Positions 23,792 to 35,015 are shown, counted from the stretch's first letter. The stretch is 41,365 nt of DNA from a virus (IMGVR_UViG_3300033434_000010:1-41365), one strand, 5' to 3'. A program made the numbers and translations. Notes: generated from the letters alone by a model not told the origin.

Positions 23792-26170
23792 ATGCCTCTA
23801 ACTCAAGATAACATCAAGAACTTAGTAGCTGGTATTAGTCAGCAGCCTCAAATCCTTAGGTATCCTGAACAGCTCCAGGAGCAGAAGAATGGAATGTCTA
23901 GTGGGGCTGAGGGTCTGAAAAAGAGACCACCTACTCTCCATGTGGCGAACCTATTGGGAATTAATCCTAAGACCCCTAGCTATATAGGGGAGAATGTAGC
24001 CCCTCTTGTACATGTAGTTGAGAGGTCCTTAACTGAGAAGTACATTATGGTTTTTGATGGAACTGGTATAGATATATTTGATACTGCAGGTAACGCTAAG
24101 ACCGTAAACATTACTTCAGGGACATCCTCATATATTACTGTGGCTAAGCCGAGGGAACAGCTTAAGGTAACTACCATTGCTGACTACACCTTTATAGCTA
24201 ATACAGAGGTAAATGTAGCTATGTCCTCCGCAGCAGTTGCTAATGTATGGTCCACCCAAGGAGCCCTCTTCAATGTTAAGAGTGGTCAGTATGGGAGGAC
24301 ATATGTCTGTTATATTGATGATGTCCAGATATCCACCTACACGACTCCTGATGGTAGTTCCACTTCAGATACTACTAAGATTGACACTAACTATATTGCC
24401 TCTCAGTTAATCGCAAACATTACCTCAGGCTACTATGTGGAGTCTTCAGGTGAGGGTTGGTTTTACGTTAAGAAATCCTCAGGAGCCACTATCTCTACTG
24501 CAGCTACCAAGGATGGCTACAATAACTTAGCTATGTATAGTTTTCTTCACGCTACTCAAAAGTTCTCTAACCTTCCTGCTACGGCTCCTGATGGTTTTAC
24601 TGTGTTGGTTAAAGGGGACTCCTCTACAGGTACTGATGACTACTATGTGAAATATAGTAAATCTGCTAGTCTATGGAAAGAGACTGCCAAGCCTGGAATC
24701 CTAAAGTCCTTTAACCCTACTACGATGCCGCATATTCTTGTAAGGGAGTCTGATGGGACCTTTACATTTGATGTAGCTACCTGGGATGAGCGGGAGGTAG
24801 GTGATGATGATAGTAATCCTGAGGCATCCTTTGTAGGACAAGCTATAAATGACATATTCTTTATTAGGAATCGCTTAGGTCTCCTTGCAGGTGAAAACTG
24901 TATTATGAGTAAGGCTGGAGAGTTCTTCAAGTTCTGGCTAACTACTGCTACAGATGTGTTGGATTCAGACTATATTGATGTCTCTGCTCCTGATGAGTCT
25001 GTGGCAATTCTAAGGCACGCTACGGTATTTAATGAGGAGCTCCTGATGTTCTCCACACACGCTCAGTTTGTAGGGTCCTCAGACACTATCTTTAGTCCCA
25101 CCAATTTCCGGATAGACCGCAGTACCAAATTTGACTGTATTCCACACTGTAGACCTGTTCCTGCTGGTAGGAGAATCTACTTTGCTAGTGAGAGGTCTGA
25201 ATATAGTAGCCTCATGGAATATTATATAGTGGAGGACATCTCTGAGATCAAGGACGCTCATGATATCTCAAGCCATGTACCTTCACTGATGCCTAACACA
25301 ATTCACCAGATTATTGGTTCAACTACTGAGAATGTTCTCTTACTATTATCAACAGGTAACTCTAAGAGAATATATATCTATAAGTATCTGTGGCAAGAGG
25401 AGACGAGAGTCCAAGCTTCCTGGAGTTACTGGGAGTTAGCCTCAGGGGAAATCTTAGGGGCTGGCTTTATAGGGTCTATCCTTTATTTAGTAATTAAGCG
25501 AAATAACATTATCTGCTTAGAAAAGTTGGTCTTTACTTATGATACCTTAGACTACACTGTGGAACCTTATAGGGTCTATCTTGATCGTAAAAAGACCTAT
25601 ACAATTCCTTCAGGGCTCTATAATGCAGACTCAGACACTACAAGAGTCCCTATAACTAATTTTTATGGAGCTGCTATTCCTTCAGGTGTATCCTACGGAT
25701 TAGTCCTTGAGGATGGGCTCTACAAATCTTTTACTTCTGCAGATACCTATGTGGAATTTCTTGGGGATGTTACAGGAAGCAACTTGGTAGTGGGGGAGAT
25801 TATTGAGTTTATTGCTACTTTATCAGAAATCATGATTCGTGAGGATGATGGTAAAGGAGGTGTCAAGGCCAACATCAAGGGGAGGCTACAGGTCAGAAGA
25901 GCCTGGGTTAATTATCATGATTCAGGATACTTTGAGGTCTTGGTAGCTCAGGAAGGTAAAGATACCTACAAGTATGAAATGACAGCCAGAACCTTAAGTA
26001 AGACCAATAACACCTTGGGGAGTATGCCACTCTCTACAGGTGTCTTTAATTTTCCTGTTCAGTGTGATAGCAGGGAAGCAACAATAACTATTCAGAGCTC
26101 CTCCCCAACTCCTATATCATTAATAGGTTTTGGATGGGAAGCTAATCATGTAGAAAGGAGTGCTAAGTAA
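23792..26170 (+). CDS. Tail tubular protein B (gp12)
   Basis: NL..GISQQP, GL.KRP, TMPH.L.R, GDD.SNP.SF, GRLQ motifs; 792 aa. Confidence 0.95.
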   Translation: MPLTQDNIKNLVAGISQQPQILRYPEQLQEQKNGMSSGAEGLKKRPPTLHVANLLGINPKTPSYIGENVAPLVHVVERSLTEKYIMVFDGTGIDIFDTAGNAKTVNITSGTSSYITVAKPREQLKVTTIADYTFIANTEVNVAMSSAAVANVWSTQGALFNVKSGQYGRTYVCYIDDVQISTYTTPDGSSTSDTTKIDTNYIASQLIANITSGYYVESSGEGWFYVKKSSGATISTAATKDGYNNLAMYSFLHATQKFSNLPATAPDGFTVLVKGDSSTGTDDYYVKYSKSASLWKETAKPGILKSFNPTTMPHILVRESDGTFTFDVATWDEREVGDDDSNPEASFVGQAINDIFFIRNRLGLLAGENCIMSKAGEFFKFWLTTATDVLDSDYIDVSAPDESVAILRHATVFNEELLMFSTHAQFVGSSDTIFSPTNFRIDRSTKFDCIPHCRPVPAGRRIYFASERSEYSSLMEYYIVEDISEIKDAHDISSHVPSLMPNTIHQIIGSTTENVLLLLSTGNSKRIYIYKYLWQEETRVQASWSYWELASGEILGAGFIGSILYLVIKRNNIICLEKLVFTYDTLDYTVEPYRVYLDRKKTYTIPSGLYNADSDTTRVPITNFYGAAIPSGVSYGLVLEDGLYKSFTSADTYVEFLGDVTGSNLVVGEIIEFIATLSEIMIREDDGKGGVKANIKGRLQVRRAWVNYHDSGYFEVLVAQEGKDTYKYEMTARTLSKTNNTLGSMPLSTGVFNFPVQCDSREATITIQSSSPTPISLIGFGWEANHVERSAK

Positions 26171-26173
26171 TCT

Positions 26174-26761
26174 ATGGGTAATGTTGGAACTACAGCTTTA
26201 GGGATTGTAGGGTCTGTCCATGACTACAATGAGCAAGTAGCATATGCAGACTCTCAAAAGACTGCTGCAATTACTCAAATGAATTTTACCTTTAGTAACT
26301 ATGAGGCTGAACGTCAAGATGCTTTTGATCAAGCAGTAGAAGAGATAGCCTCTGCTAGACAGAAAGCAAACAATACACAGGCCACTCTTAAGACCGCTTT
26401 AGGTGAACAGTTAGGAAGTAGTAGTCATACTGCTAAGGCTCTTGAAAGGGTTGCTGAGGGTAAAGAGGGACAAGTGGTCTCTCAACTTCAAGACAACTAT
26501 CAGAGGAAATCTAATGAAATAGACCTTAATAAAGAGTCAGCCCTCATATCTACTCGCAGTTATCTTTCTAAGATTAAGAATCCTAGCATGTTAGGACTAG
26601 TTATGAATGTGGGGAGTCAGGTAGTTGCAACTACTACTGAAGGTAACAAGGAAGCTGCACAGGCTGCTAAAGATGGAGTAGACTTCAACTGGGAAGATTA
26701 CTGGCTGAAGGGTTCTGGTACTTCAGGAATCAAGAGGACCACTACAGGAGGTGCTAAATAA
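26174..26761 (+). CDS. Internal virion protein (gp14-like)
   Basis: 195 aa helical protein; synteny. Confidence 0.75.
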   Translation: MGNVGTTALGIVGSVHDYNEQVAYADSQKTAAITQMNFTFSNYEAERQDAFDQAVEEIASARQKANNTQATLKTALGEQLGSSSHTAKALERVAEGKEGQVVSQLQDNYQRKSNEIDLNKESALISTRSYLSKIKNPSMLGLVMNVGSQVVATTTEGNKEAAQAAKDGVDFNWEDYWLKGSGTSGIKRTTTGGAK

Positions 26762-29046
26762 TGGCTAACCTTATTGCCTCTGCCTTTAATGGAGTAGACA
26801 ATGCTACCAAGACCTCAGGGAGTGTCTATCAGAAGCAGCTCCAGGCTCCCTCTATAGCTACACCTAAGGCCAGTAGTGATGGCCTAGGGGCTGCTTTAGT
26901 AAACCTTGATAACTCCTTGACAGGGCAGAAGCAATCACAGAATGAGGTCAAGAAAACTGTAGGAATCACTGAGGCTGAGAAAGTAGTATCCCAACAATCA
27001 GACCAGGATATGCACAAACTCTCTGCTATAGAGATGCTTGGGAATTATAGCAAAGGGACTGAAATTCAAGACAATCCTTATGCTGTTGTAACTATTGAAA
27101 AGATGCGGGGCCAGTATATAGCTTCTCAAGCTCATGATGAGTACACAACCTGGAGGAGTCAACAGGCTCCTGTTAAGACTGCTTCTGAGGAAATACAACG
27201 CTATACTGACTTCATGGAAAAGAAGCGCAAGGAAGCAGAAAATACCTCTATTAATCTTGAGGCATACAATCGTGGTTTTACTATTGATAGGCAGAAGAAT
27301 CAAATCGTAATAGCAGGACAGCAGCGAACAGAGCAGGCTTTAGAACTTAGAGCTATTCAGAAGGGGACTACTCAAGCTGCTATAGGTAGCCTTGTACAGC
27401 AATCAGATCGGCTCAGTGATGAGGATTTTACCAAAGGACTGAATGAGGTCTTTGCAAATGCCCGTATTACCTGGATGCCTGTTAAGGACCGGGTAGAGTT
27501 CGCTAAGAATAGCCTTCAGGAACTTGCAGTAACCTCAGGTAATTATGACCGGATTGAGAAGGTAGCTAAGGATGTTGTCATTGGTACTGATGATAAAGGT
27601 GCTGATGTAAAGCTAGGGGATGTAGTAGACACTACTGAGTTTAAACAGACAGCATACCAGAGGACATCTCATATCTACGGAGAGGCTGTTCAGAAGGGTA
27701 TTAAAGACCTCCAAGGGATGACTATACCGGAGCAAAACAATTACTATAAGAACCTTCAGGAAACAGACCAAGGCATGTATAATGTTATGCTCCCCTTCAG
27801 GAAAGCTGGTATTGACTACAGGGAGCAGTTAGATCACAAGAAGGCTGTTATGGAAGCTAAACAGAGAGCTAATGATTCTTTACTCGCTATGGCTGATTCT
27901 GCCCTCCAGACACAAATAGATGCCTGGATGAGTGATAGTCTTCATGATGCCTCAGGCCGTGTTGTGGCTTCCTCTAAGGGAGCCCTTCCAGCCCTGGAGG
28001 TCCAGGATGTAGATGATAAAGGCAATCCTATTAAGAAAAAAATGGAGTGGTCTGATGAAATCCTAAGTGCTGCAGTAGATAGAGCACTCCAAAGGATTCA
28101 AGGTAGAGGAGACATATCTGATGAAGATAAATCTGCTCAGGTTATGAAGCTCCTCCAGTTTCCTCCTTTTGAAGGTTATAGAGGAACCGTTAAGAATGCC
28201 TTTGTGTCTGCCCTGGACAATGCCTCTGCAGCTAACTTGAAGACATCCCCTGAGGGATGGACTAATGCTTCTCCTCAGCTACTGTCTACCTTAGCTATGT
28301 ATAGGTCTAACCCTAGTCAGTTTAGGACTGTCTTTGGGGAAGATGCTACAAACCGTGCAGCCATCATTCAAACACTCTCAGAGGGTTCTAATGGGGACTA
28401 TGCGGCTGGCCTCGCTATGTATGCAACTGCTAAAGAGAACATGAAGAATAAAGAATTTGTCCACCTACAGGATAAAGGAATTGATGAGTCTCTAACCTAC
28501 TCCAATATGTCCGGCTTTACAGACCTTGAGGGAAATCCTATTGATGCTGATATGTCCTTAGGTACTAATGGAGGAGCTATGCGGGTTATTTCTGCTCAGT
28601 CTAAGTGGATGGCCTACGCGAACAAGTCTCCTGTAGATGCTGTTAATGCTGCTAAGGAGAATGCTGTTAAGACCTACAAGGTCTATGATACTACCTTAGT
28701 ACCTGAAGGGCTCTTTGGTGGAATTAATTCAGGATACCGTTTAGCGGTTGGCAAGCAGACTTTGGATGACCTCAAGGCTTTATTTGTCCAGAATTCTGGA
28801 TGTGATCCTCACTATATAACTACCCAGTACATGCCAGATAGTCATTCTATAGTCTTCCAGGGTGGCGGTCAGTTTAAATCCTATGATGCTAATGCTATTG
28901 CCTCTTGGGGAAATAACCTTATTAAACAGGCTCAGGAAGCTCCACCACAACCACAAAATAATGTGTCTTATCAGCAGGTCAATGATGAAAGGGAAGCTGC
29001 TGCCGATGTAAATTATCAGGATGAGAGACTTACGCCTCTACCATAA
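26761..29046 (+). CDS. Internal virion protein (gp15-like)
   Basis: 761 aa, QDNPYA motif, synteny. Confidence 0.8.
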   Translation: MANLIASAFNGVDNATKTSGSVYQKQLQAPSIATPKASSDGLGAALVNLDNSLTGQKQSQNEVKKTVGITEAEKVVSQQSDQDMHKLSAIEMLGNYSKGTEIQDNPYAVVTIEKMRGQYIASQAHDEYTTWRSQQAPVKTASEEIQRYTDFMEKKRKEAENTSINLEAYNRGFTIDRQKNQIVIAGQQRTEQALELRAIQKGTTQAAIGSLVQQSDRLSDEDFTKGLNEVFANARITWMPVKDRVEFAKNSLQELAVTSGNYDRIEKVAKDVVIGTDDKGADVKLGDVVDTTEFKQTAYQRTSHIYGEAVQKGIKDLQGMTIPEQNNYYKNLQETDQGMYNVMLPFRKAGIDYREQLDHKKAVMEAKQRANDSLLAMADSALQTQIDAWMSDSLHDASGRVVASSKGALPALEVQDVDDKGNPIKKKMEWSDEILSAAVDRALQRIQGRGDISDEDKSAQVMKLLQFPPFEGYRGTVKNAFVSALDNASAANLKTSPEGWTNASPQLLSTLAMYRSNPSQFRTVFGEDATNRAAIIQTLSEGSNGDYAAGLAMYATAKENMKNKEFVHLQDKGIDESLTYSNMSGFTDLEGNPIDADMSLGTNGGAMRVISAQSKWMAYANKSPVDAVNAAKENAVKTYKVYDTTLVPEGLFGGINSGYRLAVGKQTLDDLKALFVQNSGCDPHYITTQYMPDSHSIVFQGGGQFKSYDANAIASWGNNLIKQAQEAPPQPQNNVSYQQVNDEREAAADVNYQDERLTPLP

Positions 29047-29063
29047 GAAAAGGAGCGAATTAA

Positions 29064-32000
29064 TTGGATACTAGAGAATTAGCTCTCCAGGTTTCCCAAG
29101 AGACAGGAGTTCCTGCGGATATAATTCAGGGTCAATGGTCTCTAGAAACTGGTAATTTTAGTAACTGGGGAGCAACACAAGCTAATAACTTTGGAGGTAT
29201 GAAGAAGTTTAAAGAACAGCCTGCATGGTTCTCAGGGGATGCTCAGAGTCCTGAAGGTGATGATTACCAAGTATTTGAGAGCCCTCAAGAATATGCCTCC
29301 TATTATGCTTCATATTTGAAGAAGTATTATCCGGATGCTATAAGTGCAAGGACACCTGAGGATTTTGCAGCAGCCCTTTATCATGGAGGCTACTATGGTG
29401 GTACTGGTGAGAGTGATGATGAGAAGATTGCAAACTATGCGGCTGGTATCAGAGGAGCCTCAGGAGGTACTTGGGACTTACCTGGAGTAAACACCTCAGG
29501 GGATGCCTATGGAAACCGCCCTGGAGGTATCCCTACTATTGAGCCTGAGCCTAATACTTTTGGGTCTTACATGCAGGACAAATGGATGCAAGGCTTTGCT
29601 GATAATGCCCTTGTAGGTTTCGGAAGGAAGCTTTGGTCCGGTGTCACTACTAAGGTAGATATCAACTACAGACCCACAGAGGAAGACTACAATCATGTAG
29701 TTAAGTCTTTGCCTAATGAACCTGTAGCTCAACGGTGGGTATTACTTAATGCTCAAAGTGAAGAGCAGCTCTATAAAATGACTAGTCTGAAGCAGGAGGA
29801 TGTTAAGAGAGAACAGCGGATAGAGGCATATAAAGGTAACTGGACTACCAATGTAGCTGGTTTTGGTGCTAATCTAGTAGGTTCCGTTATGGGAGACCCT
29901 TCAGTATTACTTCCAGTTGTAGGTCAAGAAGCTGTAGGTCTTAAACTCTTAGGACGTTTAGGAACCAAAACGGCTGCTACTTTATCCTCCTCTAAGCTCC
30001 TTAGGATGACTGAAATAGGGGCTCAACAGGCAGGCATGAATGTAGCTAGTAGGTATGGTGCAGAACAGTATGCAGGCTTTGAGCAGGACTATTCTACTGC
30101 GGCTCTCCTTGGAGCTGTAGCCGGAGCTGGCTCTTCAGCCCTTGCAGGATTGTCTAAGGGTACTCCTAGATTCAAGTCCTCTCAGAAGGTCTTAGGAGCC
30201 CTTGATGATGCTGAGACTCATTCAATTACTATGGCTGCTGATATGACTCCTCCAAGTAAGATGCCCTCAATTAAGGACACTCTATCAAAAGCGCACGATG
30301 TAGAGTTTGTTAATGCTAGTGGGTCTGAGGTGTTATCTAATCTTGCAAAAGGTGGTAAGGTGCTGGCTGTGTCTACTAAAGACCTGCAGCCTCTAGCTAA
30401 GGCCTTTGGGATAGACCTCAAGACTACTAAAGCCTTCCATGTCCCTGAAGAGGGTATCACAGTGATTGCTAAGGATGCCCTTAAGCAGGGAGACAATATA
30501 GATGACCTTCTTGCTCATGAGGTAGGCGTACATGCTAACCTTAAGGAATTTGCTGGAGAGTCCTTTAGTGACATTGAGGCTACTGTAAGAGGGCGTATGG
30601 CTAACCCTGATAAGTCCTGGAATGCTGCTATGAAGGCTGTTCCTGGAGGAGGCTGGGAGGAAGTCTTAGGTCACTGGGTAGAACGCAACATAAGTAAGAA
30701 AGACCCTCTCATGGCTAAGGTGAAAGGCTTCTATAATGCTGTTGCTGCTAAGGCTGGTAGACAATCTAAGCTTTCTGATGCGGAACTTAAGGACTTCGTT
30801 AAGAGGTCCCTGAAGAATGAGGTAGAGAGAGCTAGAGGATATCGAGAGCTCCCTGATGGGTCTGTTATTCAGAATGGCCTAAAGTTCTCTGCCTCTAATA
30901 TTTTTAATCCTAGCCTCATAGATCATATGATTAAGATTGAGGAGCCTTCAGGTGTCTTAGGAAACATCAAGGATATCCCTAATAAAATTAGTAGATGGGC
31001 TGAGAATGGCTGGCTATACCGGACCCCTTATGGTGTCTTAACTAATTCTCCCGCTCCAATAGGTAAGGAGTTTGCTGCAGATGTCCTGGAGGATGCTAGG
31101 ATGAGAGGTAAGTCAGCCAGTGCCAGACCTATCACTATTGAGAAGCAAAAGGAGCATATCAAAAGACAGCTTGATGTCCACCTAAATAAGTATTATGACC
31201 TCCGAAGTCAATATCTTACTGACACTGTGAAGCTAGATGGCTTTGTGACTCCTGGTAGAATGCAGGACTTCAATAAAGCTGTTCGGGAGTATTACAACTC
31301 TACCTATGCTAATAACAGGGGTGGTCTAATTGACAAGGAGTTTCCTGAAGGAGTCGTAAAGGCTGCTAAGGTTCTCAAAGACCTCCGAGAGGAAATTATT
31401 GATACCGCAAAACGCTCAGGTGATATGTTTGGAAACCCTGGCAGTAACCTCTTAAAGGAGGGCTATAAGGTACTGGATGATGAGCTCTATCGTAGAATTG
31501 ATGACCAGAAGTGGCTCAAGTTCATGCAGAAGTTTCCTACTATAGAGAAGGCTGGAGAGTTCCTAAAATATTACGCTGAGAGAACTATTAAGCGAAGTGT
31601 GGTCAGACAACGCCTGGAGGCTGCCGCTAAGGAAGCCTATGAGAAAAGACTCGCAGAATGGGAAGAGACAGTCAATAGTATAGGTAATGATGAGAAGGCT
31701 CCAGGTAAGCCAAGGCTCCACAAGCTATCTGATGAGGCTATCGAGAAGGAAGTTCAGCAGCTATCCGATAATTGGGCTAAAGGTATCTCAGACCAGAACC
31801 TAAGTAACCTTGATAGATTCAGAGGGCTAGATCAGCACTCCTTAGGTATTGATGACTTCATGGAGTCAAGGGTTCCTATGGATACCTCAGTAGTTATGGA
31901 GACTCCTTGGGGTGAGCCCTTCAGCTTTGATGCTACTATTCGAAGTGATAACCTTGATGAGATTCTCCCAAGGGTAATCAATAGGTTCTCAGGTGAGGCT

Positions 32001-33542
32001 GCTCTTCATAATAAATATGTAGACACTCAAGCCCTTCTTGATGATCGCGCTAAGTTTGCTCAGGCATTAGAGCATGGTGTTCAATATGATGTAATTACTC
32101 CAGCAGTCCGTAAACGAAACCTTGAGGCATGGGATGAGGCTCTTGCTGGTGTTCGCGGTGTAAGGTTGGATAAGGATACTAAAGGGACTCTTAACGCTCT
32201 AGCTACTTCTCTTAGAGGGATGGCTTATGCTGAGAATGGTTCTTTCTTTGGGGCTAACCAATTAGGAGAGCTTGGAGGGGCCTTAGCAGTCTCAGGCTTT
32301 AAAGCTGCTACCCACTTTGTACCACACTTAGCAAACACGTTGAGAGACCTAAGGAGCGGTAAGGGTGCTGCTGAGTTTGCTAAAGAAACTGAGTTCAGGG
32401 TCTTTGGTGAAACTATGGAAAAGAGGATATGGGGGCAGGACTATACATCAAGAGTGTGGTCTGAAGCAAGTACTCAAGGTAGTATGCTTAGGTATATGGA
32501 CAAGATTCAGACAGGTATTAACTATGCAGGTAAAGTGACTACTACTGCTAACTTCTTACCTAAGCTCACAGATATGATGCTTAGAGGTATCCGTCAGGAT
32601 GCTCTCTTAGACACCTTAAAGTGGGCTGATGGTAACAAGGTGGGTCTTCTCCGGAATCCCTTCAGCAAGTCAAAGTTAAAAGCTGCTGGTATAGAGGGAG
32701 ACCTCATCCAGAAAGTACAGGATGATATTAATACCTATGTGGTTAAGGATGCTCAAGGAAACCTCAAAGAGTTCCTTATGGATGACTGGATAAAGCAATC
32801 TCCAGATACCTTCTGGCGGTGGAAGACCCTCATAGACAATCAGAGTCAACGAGCTATGACTCAAAGTACCTTAGGAAATAAGGCATTGGTCACAAGTCAG
32901 GGTTGGTTTGCTAAGTTATTCTTCCAGTTTAAAGACTTCAGCTTGAAGGTTATGAATTCGCAGACTGCCAGGATGATGACCCATAGGGAACTTGATGATT
33001 GTCTCTCTGCTCTACTATCCATGTCTACTAATGCTGCAGTATATGCTGGACTATCTTACGGGAAGGCTTGGGCTTACTTTAGGGATAATGAAGGTCAACG
33101 TAGAGAGTACCTTAAGAAAGCTTTAGACCCTAAAAGAATTGCTTTAGCAGGGTTCGTAAGAGGCTCTATAGGTACTAGTGGTTCCTTTGGTATGGATGCT
33201 TATGAGGCCATGACTGGTAGTCAATCTTTTAGGACAACCGTTAGCAGAAATCCTAAGCAGGAAAAGATTGCAGAACCCACTTTAAAGGATGCTATAGGAA
33301 GCACTATGGCTCAATTACCTCCGGTGAGAGCTGGGGCTGATATGGTCACAGGAGCTAAGAGTGCCTATGACTTAGCTTTCTCAAGGAATAAGTCTCAGCA
33401 GGATATCAAGAACCTCTTTAGAAATCTACCTCTACAAAATAGTTACCCTATGATTCGCCTCTCTGAGTATCTTGCAGAAACTTCAGGGCTCCCTAAGAAG
33501 GACAGGCCAGCAAGTAAAACTAATAGTAAAGGATGGTGGTAG
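29064..33542 (+). CDS. Internal virion protein (gp16-like) with N-terminal glucosaminidase/GH73-type peptidoglycan hydrolase
   Basis: 1492 aa; Q..LETG...NNFGGMK...Y..F.S...Y at the N-terminus; FQFK.F near the C-terminus. Confidence 0.85.
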   Translation: MDTRELALQVSQETGVPADIIQGQWSLETGNFSNWGATQANNFGGMKKFKEQPAWFSGDAQSPEGDDYQVFESPQEYASYYASYLKKYYPDAISARTPEDFAAALYHGGYYGGTGESDDEKIANYAAGIRGASGGTWDLPGVNTSGDAYGNRPGGIPTIEPEPNTFGSYMQDKWMQGFADNALVGFGRKLWSGVTTKVDINYRPTEEDYNHVVKSLPNEPVAQRWVLLNAQSEEQLYKMTSLKQEDVKREQRIEAYKGNWTTNVAGFGANLVGSVMGDPSVLLPVVGQEAVGLKLLGRLGTKTAATLSSSKLLRMTEIGAQQAGMNVASRYGAEQYAGFEQDYSTAALLGAVAGAGSSALAGLSKGTPRFKSSQKVLGALDDAETHSITMAADMTPPSKMPSIKDTLSKAHDVEFVNASGSEVLSNLAKGGKVLAVSTKDLQPLAKAFGIDLKTTKAFHVPEEGITVIAKDALKQGDNIDDLLAHEVGVHANLKEFAGESFSDIEATVRGRMANPDKSWNAAMKAVPGGGWEEVLGHWVERNISKKDPLMAKVKGFYNAVAAKAGRQSKLSDAELKDFVKRSLKNEVERARGYRELPDGSVIQNGLKFSASNIFNPSLIDHMIKIEEPSGVLGNIKDIPNKISRWAENGWLYRTPYGVLTNSPAPIGKEFAADVLEDARMRGKSASARPITIEKQKEHIKRQLDVHLNKYYDLRSQYLTDTVKLDGFVTPGRMQDFNKAVREYYNSTYANNRGGLIDKEFPEGVVKAAKVLKDLREEIIDTAKRSGDMFGNPGSNLLKEGYKVLDDELYRRIDDQKWLKFMQKFPTIEKAGEFLKYYAERTIKRSVVRQRLEAAAKEAYEKRLAEWEETVNSIGNDEKAPGKPRLHKLSDEAIEKEVQQLSDNWAKGISDQNLSNLDRFRGLDQHSLGIDDFMESRVPMDTSVVMETPWGEPFSFDATIRSDNLDEILPRVINRFSGEAALHNKYVDTQALLDDRAKFAQALEHGVQYDVITPAVRKRNLEAWDEALAGVRGVRLDKDTKGTLNALATSLRGMAYAENGSFFGANQLGELGGALAVSGFKAATHFVPHLANTLRDLRSGKGAAEFAKETEFRVFGETMEKRIWGQDYTSRVWSEASTQGSMLRYMDKIQTGINYAGKVTTTANFLPKLTDMMLRGIRQDALLDTLKWADGNKVGLLRNPFSKSKLKAAGIEGDLIQKVQDDINTYVVKDAQGNLKEFLMDDWIKQSPDTFWRWKTLIDNQSQRAMTQSTLGNKALVTSQGWFAKLFFQFKDFSLKVMNSQTARMMTHRELDDCLSALLSMSTNAAVYAGLSYGKAWAYFRDNEGQRREYLKKALDPKRIALAGFVRGSIGTSGSFGMDAYEAMTGSQSFRTTVSRNPKQEKIAEPTLKDAIGSTMAQLPPVRAGADMVTGAKSAYDLAFSRNKSQQDIKNLFRNLPLQNSYPMIRLSEYLAETSGLPKKDRPASKTNSKGWW

Positions 33543-33545
33543 TAA

Positions 33546-35003
33546 TTGGCAACAGCTTCATATAAGACTATCAAGACACTCACAGCCACAGCAGGCCAGA
33601 GTGTCTTTAATTTTGCCTTAGATTATTTAAGGAAGCCTTTTATACAAATGAGTATTAATGGTGTATCAAAAACCTATAGTACTGACTATTCAATCTCAGG
33701 CCAGGAGTTAACATATCCTACAGGGTGTGCTACAGGGGATATTGTTGTTATTAAACGTACTACCTCTACAGATCGTATAGTAACTTGGAATGATGCTTCA
33801 GTACTGCGCGCTTCAGACCTTACAGTATTTGAGACACAACTCCTTCACATTCAGGAGGAGCTCTCAGATGCAGTCCAAACAGATGCAGCGGATGAGGCTC
33901 TTAAGGCTGCTACTAGTGCTGCTGAGGCGGCTGCCCTTCTCGCTTCTATGCAGGCCACTTTAGACGCTGCTACTTTAGCCGCTACCCTAGAAGCCACTAA
34001 CCAAGCTGCTACTGCTACCACAAAAGCTCTTGAGGCTGCTACTAGTGCTCTTGAGGCTGCTGCTAACGCTGAGACTGCTGCCTCTGTAGTTAATACCAGT
34101 TTTCGCAATAAAATAATTAATGGTAACTTTGATATATGGCAAAGAGGCACTAGCCAAACAAATTCGGGTTATGGGAGTGCGGATAGATGGCATTGCACTA
34201 ATACAGGAACCACTAAAAATGTTTCGATACAATCATTCCAATTTGGTCAAACAGAAGTTCCCAATAATCCTAAATATTTTATGAGACATGTAGTAACGAG
34301 TGTTACAGGGACAGGTAACTTTTGTATATTACAACAAAAAATTGAAGATGTTACTTTGTTATCAGGGAAAACAGTAACAGTGTCCTTCTACGCAAGAGCA
34401 GCTAGTGCTAAGAATATAGCTGTTGATTTTTACCAGAATTTTGGTACTAGTGGGAGTACAGGAGTTACGAATATTGGTATTACATCAATAGCCTTAACTA
34501 CAACGTGGAAAAAGTATATTCTTACAATTACTTTGCCGTCTGTTTCAGGTATGACCATAGGTGCAAATAGTTATACTGACTTACGTTTCTGGTTTGACTG
34601 TGGGAGTGTATTCGATAGTAATATAAATGCTCTTATTGGGCAGCAGTCAGGAACATTTGATATCGCTCAAGTCCAACTAGAAGAGGGTAGTGTAGCAACT
34701 AATTTTGAACAGAGACCAATAGGAATTGAATGGTCTTTGTGCTATAGATATTATGAATATGGTAATGCAGTAATTGAATGTTATGGAGCAGCTTCCCAAT
34801 CTCTATCAATGACACCTTATTTCAAAGTTATAAAGCGAGCTGTTCCCACTATTGTTGTTACTGATAACAGCTCTGTATATACCACAGGAGTTTTTTCTGC
34901 TTTAGAACTTGATACTAGAAGCTTCAGACTAAAAGGAACTAAAGACACAAACGCAGGGGCTTTTATCATAAGGGCTCTATGGTATGCAGATGCAGAATTA
35001 TAA
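33546..35003 (+). CDS. Tail fibre (gp17-like)
   Basis: T7 fibre adaptor (F....DYL....V, I.R.T, S.LRA.DL...Q.LHI.EE), Ala-rich coiled coil, C-terminal carbohydrate-binding-like domain (NKIINGNFDIWQRG...VQLE.G..AT.FE.RP). Confidence 0.9.
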   Translation: MATASYKTIKTLTATAGQSVFNFALDYLRKPFIQMSINGVSKTYSTDYSISGQELTYPTGCATGDIVVIKRTTSTDRIVTWNDASVLRASDLTVFETQLLHIQEELSDAVQTDAADEALKAATSAAEAAALLASMQATLDAATLAATLEATNQAATATTKALEAATSALEAAANAETAASVVNTSFRNKIINGNFDIWQRGTSQTNSGYGSADRWHCTNTGTTKNVSIQSFQFGQTEVPNNPKYFMRHVVTSVTGTGNFCILQQKIEDVTLLSGKTVTVSFYARAASAKNIAVDFYQNFGTSGSTGVTNIGITSIALTTTWKKYILTITLPSVSGMTIGANSYTDLRFWFDCGSVFDSNINALIGQQSGTFDIAQVQLEEGSVATNFEQRPIGIEWSLCYRYYEYGNAVIECYGAASQSLSMTPYFKVIKRAVPTIVVTDNSSVYTTGVFSALELDTRSFRLKGTKDTNAGAFIIRALWYADAEL

Positions 35004-35015
35004 AGGAGGTGACAA

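Noticed and set aside
33543-33556. TAATTGGCAACAGC as a seventh phage promoter
   Set aside because: Only the first 9 nt match, the CACATATTGA half is absent, and it coincides with the TTG start of the tail fibre.
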